A stretch of 32,000 bases of DNA, from positions 1,470,001 to 1,502,000 of the forward strand of contig OZ252279.1 of NCBI GenBank assembly GCA_965250005.1, in the 5' to 3' direction. Positions 26,060 through 32,000 of this stretch are shown here, piece after piece. Position 1 is the first letter of the stretch, and each line of letters opens with the position of its first letter. The DNA comes from Demequinaceae bacterium (lineage in GTDB: Bacteria; Actinomycetota; Actinomycetes; Actinomycetales; Demequinaceae). A program made the translations under genes and the position numbers. The notes below the pieces were generated by a model. That model was not told where the DNA came from, ran no database searches, and worked only from the letters and a program-made list of their open reading frames with translations.

Positions 26060-26406
26060 GAAGCGAACTTCGAGCCTTCGAGTTCTCGCTTTCGGAAAGC
26101 GAGGTACGCGAACTCGAGGGCAGTGATCGCGTGTACGCGCCCGCGCGAATATACGTGGGTCAGCATGGTGGTGTAGGTGAGGAATCCTTCGACTTCATCG
26201 TTTGTACACCCCTAGGGCTAGCTCAACAGCTTGAAGCTGAGGACGTAGTGGATGGTCGTCACCACTTCGTTGTGGCGCGCTTTGAAGAGAACATGTTCGT
26301 CGAATGGATCCGAACGAAGGTCGCAGGCTGCGAAGGTCCGGACTGGAGTGCGGTCGCCCTCAAGCTCTCGCGTTTAGGAATGTGGGAGTATGAGGACTAC
26401 CATTAG
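26056..26406 (+). CDS. Candidate immunity protein for the O3 tip, Imm8-like
   Basis: 116 aa. Its start overlaps the O3 stop (ATGA at 26056-26059). ..ESFDFIVCTPLGLAQQL..GRHHFVVARFEENMFVEWI..LSRLGMWEYEDY matches my memory of the Imm8 polymorphic-toxin immunity family. Needs HMM confirmation. Confidence 0.6.
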   Translation: MRSELRAFEFSLSESEVRELEGSDRVYAPARIYVGQHGGVGEESFDFIVCTPLGLAQQLEAEDVVDGRHHFVVARFEENMFVEWIRTKVAGCEGPDWSAVALKLSRLGMWEYEDYH

Positions 26407-26454
26407 CAACTGCTCTACGCCGATACCCCTTCGGCTTCGCTGCTGGCATGGGGC

Positions 26455-27082
26455 CGACCCTGGTGTGGGCGTGCGGTCCACACCCGTGACAGTCACCTCC
26501 GCCCAACATGCAGGCTACGACGCGGCCGCCAATGCCGGTGCCGGCGACTGGGCATGCCAAGAAGCTGCATGCTTCGTCAACCGTTCCCACATGTTCCTCG
26601 ATGGATGGGGGCGTGCCGTCGAACAGCACCGTGTTGCACCAGACGGATCCGGTGGACGGCTAGTCTCAGCAACCCGCTACAACAAACTCGGGCACATCGA
26701 CTTTTCTGCCTCAACATTCTGGAACGAAGACGCCGCACAGCTGTCGAACGGAAAAGTCGACCCCGTTCTGGGTCAACTAGACCGGTATGCCACGGCAACC
26801 CTGGATTGGGCTGGCAGGGCTACCACCCAGTCGGCGTGGTTCCGCGACCCAACGCTGGGCTTGTTGGAAACAAAAACTGAAACAACACGTATCGGCAATG
26901 TCACCGAGGTCACGGCAGCCTCCGGGGCCGTTACGGAAACCACCAACGACATTTTGGGTCGGCTCACAAAGCAGGTGCAGTTCGCTGAGGGCGGTGCAGA
27001 TCCATTTACTACCGGATACGCGTACGAGACGTTGCCCGATGGCGGCAGCAAGGTGACAGTCACGGACCCGGACAATAATGAC
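26455..27082 (+). pseudogene. Orphan rhs fragment O4 (internal core piece), truncated by IS copy B
   Basis: GVGVRSTPVTVTSAQHAGYDAAANAGAGDWACQEAACFVNRSHMFLDGWGRAVEQHRVAPDG..GGSKVTVTDPDNND is colinear with main-gene ~13124-13751. It ends exactly at the IS end. Confidence 0.88.
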
Positions 27083-27100
27083 TGTATCGCCCCGGGTTTG

Positions 27101-28018
27101 TTAGAGACTCGTGAATGCCCGCTCCGGGTTCGGCGCGGGGTTGTTCTGTGAAGCGTAGTGGGCTTGCTCGTATTCGACTGGTGGGACGTGTCCAATCTCG
27201 CCGTGGAGGCGTCGGTGGTTGAACCAGTCGATATATTCGACGACCGCGATCTCGAGGTCGGTGATGGATCTCCAGGGTCCCCGGTTTCGGACCAGTTCGG
27301 CTTTGAATAGCGAGTTGAAGGCTTCCGCGAGGGCGTTGTCGTAGGAGTCGCCGCGGGAACCGACGGAAGCGACGACGCCGGCCTCGCAGAGGCGTTGCGT
27401 GTAGCGGATAGCTCGATATTGAACGCCCCTGTCACTGTGATGAATCAGAGCAGTCACGTCTCGCCCGTCACGATGCCGCGACCACAATCCCATTTCCAGG
27501 GCATCCAGGGCCAGGTCGGTGCGTAGCGACGTAGACAGTTGCCAGCCGACGACCCGTCGGGAGCACACATCGATCACGAACGCCGCGTAGGCCCAGCCAC
27601 TGAAGGTGCGAATGTACGTGATGTCCGCGACCCACAACTGGTCAGGACGTTCGGCCCTGAATTGGCGATCCACGAGGTCCAAGGGACGTTCCGTTTCGCC
27701 CCCAGGGATCGTCGTGCGAGGAGACTTCACCCGGGCAATACCTCGCAAACCCTCCCGACGCATGAGACGTTCTACGGTGCACCGAGCAACCCGGTGACCT
27801 CGCCGAACCAGTTCGCCATGGACTTTCCGTACCCCATAGACACCGTAGTTCTTGGCATGGATTTCACGGATCAAGACGAGAAGACCCGCGTCCCGGACGG
27901 CTCTGACCGACGGCGGCCGCGACCGGGCCGCATAGTACGTCGCTGGGGCGATCGGCAACTGTGCGCAGATCGGCTCGACCCCGAAGACATCCTTGTTCTC
28001 GTCAATGTAGGTGATCAT
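27101..28018 (-). CDS. IS3-family transposase OrfB (DDE)
   Basis: 305 aa, near identical to the protein encoded at 21886-22803. Confidence 0.9.
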   Translation of the reverse strand: MITYIDENKDVFGVEPICAQLPIAPATYYAARSRPPSVRAVRDAGLLVLIREIHAKNYGVYGVRKVHGELVRRGHRVARCTVERLMRREGLRGIARVKSPRTTIPGGETERPLDLVDRQFRAERPDQLWVADITYIRTFSGWAYAAFVIDVCSRRVVGWQLSTSLRTDLALDALEMGLWSRHRDGRDVTALIHHSDRGVQYRAIRYTQRLCEAGVVASVGSRGDSYDNALAEAFNSLFKAELVRNRGPWRSITDLEIAVVEYIDWFNHRRLHGEIGHVPPVEYEQAHYASQNNPAPNPERAFTSL

Positions 28019-28356
28019 CGTGTCGGTGGGCGGTCGAGCTCCGCCGCGAAGAAAGCCGAAGCACTCTTCAAGATCGCATTCGCTCGACGTAGCTCTCGAA
28101 CCTCACGCTCCAACACCGCGATCCTCGACGCATCATCGGTCGTGGTCCCCGGACGATGCCCCCCATCCACCTCCGCGCGCCTCACCCACGTCCGCAACGA
28201 CTCCCGATGGATCCCCAACTGGTCAGCGATCCTCGCCATCGATCCCCGGCTCGTCGCCGGGTCCCGTCTCGCATCAAGCGCCAACCGTGTCGCCCGCTCC
28301 CTAAGTTCCGGCGAATACTTCCTCGGTGCTCCCATAGTCCTCATCCTTCCCTGCAA
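28015..28356 (-). CDS. IS3-family transposase OrfA
   Basis: 113 aa, identical to the protein encoded at 21548-21889. Confidence 0.88.
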   Translation of the reverse strand: MQGRMRTMGAPRKYSPELRERATRLALDARRDPATSRGSMARIADQLGIHRESLRTWVRRAEVDGGHRPGTTTDDASRIAVLEREVRELRRANAILKSASAFFAAELDRPPTR

Positions 28357-28387
28357 TGAAAGCCTCCGCCAAACCCGGGGCGATACA

Positions 28388-28449
28388 CAGTGTTTGATCC
28401 CGGTACAGGTGACGTTGCCATCCAGGATGACGTGTTTACACGTGACGAT
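28388..28449 (+). pseudogene. 62-bp rhs fragment O5 trapped between two IS elements
   Basis: cagtgtttgatcccggtacaggtgacgttgccatccaggatgacgtgtttacacgtgacgat encodes VFDPGTGDVAIQDDVFTRDD and corresponds to main-gene 14479-14540. Confidence 0.85.
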
Positions 28450-28510
28450 GGAGCCGACCCCGCTTTTCCGGACACATGACTTGGGATGATGTTCCCGAGA
28501 GGAGTTCGGA

Positions 28511-28779
28511 ATGCCACAAGCGAAACCGCCGGAGTTTAGGCGTCGAGCATTGGATTTGGTGCGTCAGGGAGAGCCGGTCGCGCAGGTTGCGAGCGGGCTT
28601 GGGATCAGTGAGTCGTGTTTGCGGCGGTGGATGAAGCAAGACGACATTAACGCGGGCCGTGTTGAAGGTCTCACGACTGAGGAGCGACGCGAGTTGGTGC
28701 AGTTGCGCCGCAAGAATCGGGTGCTTCAGATGGAGAACGAAATCTTGAAGCGTGCTTCTGCATATTTTGCGCGGGAGAA
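28511..28779 (+). pseudogene. Transposase OrfA of IS type d, interrupted near its 3' end
   Basis: MPQAKPPEFRRRALDLVRQGEPVAQVASGLGISESCLRRWMKQ..LRRKNRVLQMENEILKRASAYFARE. The reading frame then runs into the nested IS. Rejoining the two sides gives ..AREN VLPK stop. Confidence 0.85.
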
Positions 28780-28849
28780 GGGGCTGGTGCAGGGATAGGT
28801 GACAACTGACTTCTGGGACCTGGGAGGGTCTTGGTGGAAGGATGTTGTT

Positions 28850-29149
28850 ATGCCTAAAGTTTTTCCTGAGGAGTTTCGCCGTGACGTGGTTGCGGTTGCC
28901 CGGCGCCGTGAGGCGTCTCAGAAGCAGATTGCCGAGGATTTCGGGATCTCGCATGCGACGTTGTCGAATTGGTTGCGTCAAGCCAACATCGAGGACGGTG
29001 ACAAACCTGGTGTGAGCCGTGAGCGAGCCGAACAGGTGCGGGAGTTGCGTCGGCGTAATCGGTTGCTCGAGCAAGAGAACGAGGTTTTGCGGCGTGCGGC
29101 CGCTTACTTGTCGCAGGCCAATCTCAAACTCGGTGGCCACCCAAAATGA
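28850..29149 (+). CDS. IS3-family transposase OrfA (copy 2 of type a)
   Basis: Identical to the protein encoded at 3503-3802. Confidence 0.85.
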   Translation: MPKVFPEEFRRDVVAVARRREASQKQIAEDFGISHATLSNWLRQANIEDGDKPGVSRERAEQVRELRRRNRLLEQENEVLRRAAAYLSQANLKLGGHPK

Positions 29150-30021
29150 TCTACCCGCTCGTCCGCGAGCTGGCCGTCGACGGTGTTCCCGTCGCGGTGA
29201 CGTGTCGGGTGCTGAAGATTGCTCGCCAGCCGTACTACCGGTGGCGAAGCGAACCAGTTACGGCATTGGACTGGGTGCAAGCGCATCGCATGAACGCGCT
29301 CATTGACGCGCACCGTGACGACCCAGAGTTCGGCTACCGGTTCCTCGCGGACGAGGCCGTGGTAGCCGGATGGCCGATGGTGCGCAGGACCGCATGGTCC
29401 TTGGCGTCGCAGGCGGGTTTGGTGTCAACGACACAGCGTCGCAAGAGAGGCAAGGCAGGCAAACCCGGTCCACCCGTGTTCGATGACCTCGTGCAACGTG
29501 TCTTCACCGCCCAGAGCCCAAATCAGGTGTGGCTGACGGACATCACGGAGCACCCCACCAGTGAAGGCAAACTCTACCTGTGCGCCATCAAGGACCTGTA
29601 CTCGAACCGCATCGTCGGCTACTCACTCAGTGACCGAATGCAAGCCCAGTTGGCTGTGAACGCCCTGGCCAACGCCGTCGCGTCCCGCGGCGACGTCACT
29701 GGATGCATCCTGCACGCCGATAGGGGATCTCAATTTCGTTCCCGCAAAATGGGTCACGCACTGAACCGTCACGGCATGGTCGGCTCCATGGGTCGAGTAG
29801 GTGCCGCCGGCGACAACGCCGCAATGGAATCCTTCTTCAGCCTGCTCCAAAAAAACGTCCTGAACCGGCAACGCTGGGACACCCGCCAGGAACTCCGCAT
29901 CGCGATCATCACCTGGATCGAACGCACCTACCACCGCCGCCGCCGACAAGACCGACTCGGACGCTTGACCCCCATCGAATACGAGACCATCATGAACACA
30001 CAAATGGCCCTCGCGGCCTAA
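29146..30021 (+). CDS. IS3-family transposase OrfB (copy 2 of type a)
   Basis: 291 aa, identical to the protein encoded at 3799-4674. Confidence 0.9.
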   Translation: MIYPLVRELAVDGVPVAVTCRVLKIARQPYYRWRSEPVTALDWVQAHRMNALIDAHRDDPEFGYRFLADEAVVAGWPMVRRTAWSLASQAGLVSTTQRRKRGKAGKPGPPVFDDLVQRVFTAQSPNQVWLTDITEHPTSEGKLYLCAIKDLYSNRIVGYSLSDRMQAQLAVNALANAVASRGDVTGCILHADRGSQFRSRKMGHALNRHGMVGSMGRVGAAGDNAAMESFFSLLQKNVLNRQRWDTRQELRIAIITWIERTYHRRRRQDRLGRLTPIEYETIMNTQMALAA

Positions 30022-30057
30022 ACCCGAACTGTCACCAGTTCCTGCACCAGCCCCGAA

Positions 30058-30960
30058 CGTGCTCCCAAAATAGGTTTCCGGCTCGTCCACGAGCTCAGCC
30101 GCGACGGTATCCCCGTCGCGGTGGCGTGCCAAAAACTTGGCGTTTCTCGTGCCGGCTACTACGAGTGGTTAGGCAGGGCCCCGTCACGGCGTGCGGTCGC
30201 GGATCGGACACTCACGGAGGTGATTTGTCGGATCCATCGTGACTCGCGGGGCACGTATGGTGCGAAACGTATCCACGACGAACTTTCAATCGAGCACGGT
30301 GTGGCCTGCAGCCGTAAACGGGTGGCCCGACTGTTGCGTGAAGCGGGCCTGCGAGGCGTGTCACACGGGCGTAAACGGCGTGGATGGGCCCCAGCAGCAA
30401 CCACCCATGACGACCTTGTCAAACGCCAGTTCCGAGCCGATCAGCCTGACCGGATCTGGTTTACGGACATCACGCAGCATCGCGCGCGTGATGGTTGGGT
30501 TTACTGCTGCGCCGTTGTTGATGCTTTCTCCCGCCGTGTCGTGGGCTGGTCTATTGCTGACCGACCCACCGCCGAACTCGTCACGGACGCCCTGGAAATG
30601 GCCCGCTGGCAACGCCGACCCCGGCCCGGAACTATTGTTCACGCCGATCGCGGAGCGCAATACACGAGTTGGATCTTCGGACACCGATTACGTGAAGCGG
30701 GGCTCCTGGGTTCCATGGGACGAGTCGCCTCCAGCGTGGACAACGCCCTCATCGAATCATTCTGGTCAACCATGCAACGCGAACTACTCGACCGCCAGTC
30801 CTGGGACAGTCGTATCGAACTGGCTGCAGCAATTTTCGAATGGATCGAAGGGTTCTACAACCCCCGCCGACGCCACACCGCCCTGACCGATCACCGCGGA
30901 CGCTCCGTCAGCCCCGCCACGTTTGAAGCACTTCACACCCGTGCCCAAATAGCGGCATAA
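30058..30960 (+). pseudogene. Transposase OrfB segment of IS type d (separated from its OrfA by the nested IS)
   Basis: After the C CCA AAA heptamer at 30064-30070 the -1 frame reads KIGFRLVHELSRDGIPVAVACQKLGVSRAGYYEW.., parallel to the OrfB N terminus of type a. DDE contexts WFTDITQH, VHADRGAQY and VDNALIESFW. The ORF-track start at 30121 is internal. Confidence 0.85.
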
Positions 30961-31000
30961 TCAACACACACCCCGTGTCCGGAAAAGCGGGGTCGGCTCC

Positions 31001-31384
31001 CCCATTGGCGACTTGCTGTTCTTTGTCGCTGACTGGTTAAACGCGGAGGAGCACTACAATGGAGTGGGCGTCGAACCAGGCCTGGCCCTTGAATTGGGGG
31101 GGCGCGAAGCCCTGGTCGGGTTGACGGCTGGTCTTGGAACAGAGGCGGCCTTGTCGCCCGGGGTAGCGTTTGTTTGTGGAGCTAGTGTGGGCGTAGCTTG
31201 CCCGGGCGTCGTCGTCGTGGCAAATCTTATAAGTTGGGGAGTTGAAGAAATCTCGGTCTCCGGCGTACGGTCCGAATTCGACTGTATGTTTGCGAATATT
31301 TGTTCACCAGGATTCTTCAGAGACTTCCCGGATCCAACTCCGTCACCGGGCCCGGATCCTAATTTATACTGGGAAGGTCGCTAG
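31001..31384 (+). pseudogene. 5'-truncated ORF abutting the IS type d end; possible remnant of a further toxin tip
   Basis: The frame is open from the IS junction: PIGDLLFFVADWLNAEEHYNGVGVEPGLALELGGREALVGLTAGLGTEAALSPGVAFVCGASVGVACPGVVVVANLISWG..PDPNLYWEGR. It is rich in Gly/Ala/Val with hydrophobic stretches. No credible start or ribosome-binding site of its own. Confidence 0.4.
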
Positions 31385-31414
31385 GTCTGGTCATACGCGT
31401 TCAGGGAGGAATCC

Positions 31415-31972
31415 GTGTTTCGGAGAATCGTTTACGCCAGTCTTCTTGTCGCGCTGCTCGGCACGGCTGGATGTGGAACGCTCGCCAATCCCTTTGGGCC
31501 GCGGGAGCCAAAGCCGGTGCTCATCGTTCCGGATGAGACCGGAGGTATGACAATCTCGGTGCCGCTGTGCGTGGGCGATGAAGACTTTTCGGTCGGTGTC
31601 GGGGGATACAACGGCGTCCGCGATCGCGGCGTTGACTACTTGCTTGAAGGTGCCTCCACACGAACCGAGACAATCGTTCTGCGTCTAACCGTCGACACCA
31701 TCCTGGCTGGCGCGCTTACCGATCAGTTGCCGTTGGCTCCATGGGCCGCCGCATACGAAGCAGACTTCAACTCGGTGGCCGATGCTGGGTTGTTCTACGT
31801 ACGCGGCAAACTATTCTACGAGGCGGTCTACATGTCGGACCTGCCGCTCGCTGGCTCAAACCCAGTGATTCTTGGACTTGCACCGGGCACTGCTCTTGAA
31901 CCCGAATTCGAACCTACGACCGCTGAAGCGGGATTGACTGTCATCGAAGATTGGTGCGAGGGTCTGCTGTAG
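31415..31972 (+). CDS. Putative lipoprotein (possible immunity protein for the truncated upstream tip)
   Basis: The GTG at 31415 follows GGGAGGA. N terminus MFRRIVYASLLVALLGTAGCGT has a signal peptide and a lipobox-like TAGC. 185 aa, no recognisable family. Confidence 0.6.
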   Translation: MFRRIVYASLLVALLGTAGCGTLANPFGPREPKPVLIVPDETGGMTISVPLCVGDEDFSVGVGGYNGVRDRGVDYLLEGASTRTETIVLRLTVDTILAGALTDQLPLAPWAAAYEADFNSVADAGLFYVRGKLFYEAVYMSDLPLAGSNPVILGLAPGTALEPEFEPTTAEAGLTVIEDWCEGLL

Positions 31973-32000
31973 CTTTTGTTGTCACGTTGACCTGACCTAC

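Larger units (their letters stand above)
27083..28387 (-). mobile_element. IS3-family insertion sequence, type c, copy B (1305 bp, inverted relative to copy A)
   Basis: Same terminal repeats as copy A. The flanks (GAC on the left, CAG on the right) are not a duplication. The flanking rhs sequences correspond to main-gene 13751 and 14479, so about 727 bp of rhs is missing between them. Confidence 0.9.
28780..30054 (+). mobile_element. IS3-family insertion sequence, type a, copy 2, nested inside IS type d
   Basis: Same inverted repeats as copy 1. 3-bp target duplication GAA (28777-28779 and 30055-30057). The encoded OrfA and OrfB are identical to those of copy 1. Confidence 0.93.
28450..31000 (+). 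mobile_element. IS3-family insertion sequence, type d, itself disrupted by a nested IS (about 1273 bp without the insert)
   Basis: Perfect 26-bp inverted repeats GGAGCCGACCCCGCTTTTCCGGACAC (28450-28475) and GTGTCCGGAAAAGCGGGGTCGGCTCC (30975-31000). OrfA and OrfB are separated by the type a IS. The flanks (GAT on the left, CCC on the right) show no target duplication. Confidence 0.9.

Noticed and set aside
26390-27151. A 253-aa ORF starting MRTTISNC.., and the minus-strand ORF at 26773-27435.
   Set aside because: The first is the O4 rhs fragment with an artefactual upstream extension, and it reads into IS copy B. The second is an alternate frame of the transposase that continues antisense into O4. 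Neither is an independent gene.
21514-28390. Whether the inverted IS type c pair is a freshly transposed composite transposon, or the product of a simple inversion.
   Set aside because: The outer flanks (AAG/CAG) and all four cross-combinations of flanking trinucleotides (AAG, CCT, GAC, CAG and their complements) fail to pair as target duplications. Neither scenario is supported by the sequence alone.

Overview
High-GC, actinobacterial-looking window. The left edge is ordinary: the 3' part of metF and an OsmC-family gene. Next comes a convergent pair, an m5C DNA methyltransferase and an HNH endonuclease, that looks like a type II restriction-modification module. The rest is one large polymorphic-toxin locus. 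It begins with a secreted DNRLRE-like protein (5381-7375). That is followed by a 3018-aa Rhs/YD-repeat protein with a Sec-type signal (7440-16496), whose domain order is SpvB/TcB-like N region, about ten FG-GAP blades, YD repeats, an Rhs core ending ..QDASGL, and a 262-aa toxin tip. A small overlapping immunity candidate follows. Downstream is an array of promoterless orphan rhs 3' fragments and tips, each followed by its own small candidate immunity gene (one is Imm8-like). Seven IS3-family elements of five types sit in the window. Three have intact 3-bp target duplications, including one IS nested inside another. Three lack duplications and sit at points where the rhs fragments stop being colinear with the main gene. 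The main leads are: (1) a TcB/TcC-like cocoon toxin with no TcA, whose only visible partner is the DNRLRE-like protein; (2) several unassigned toxin tips with unassigned immunity proteins; (3) a second recombination tier inside the tips; (4) IS-driven decay of the cassette store. All family assignments come from motifs read by eye and need HMM or structure confirmation.
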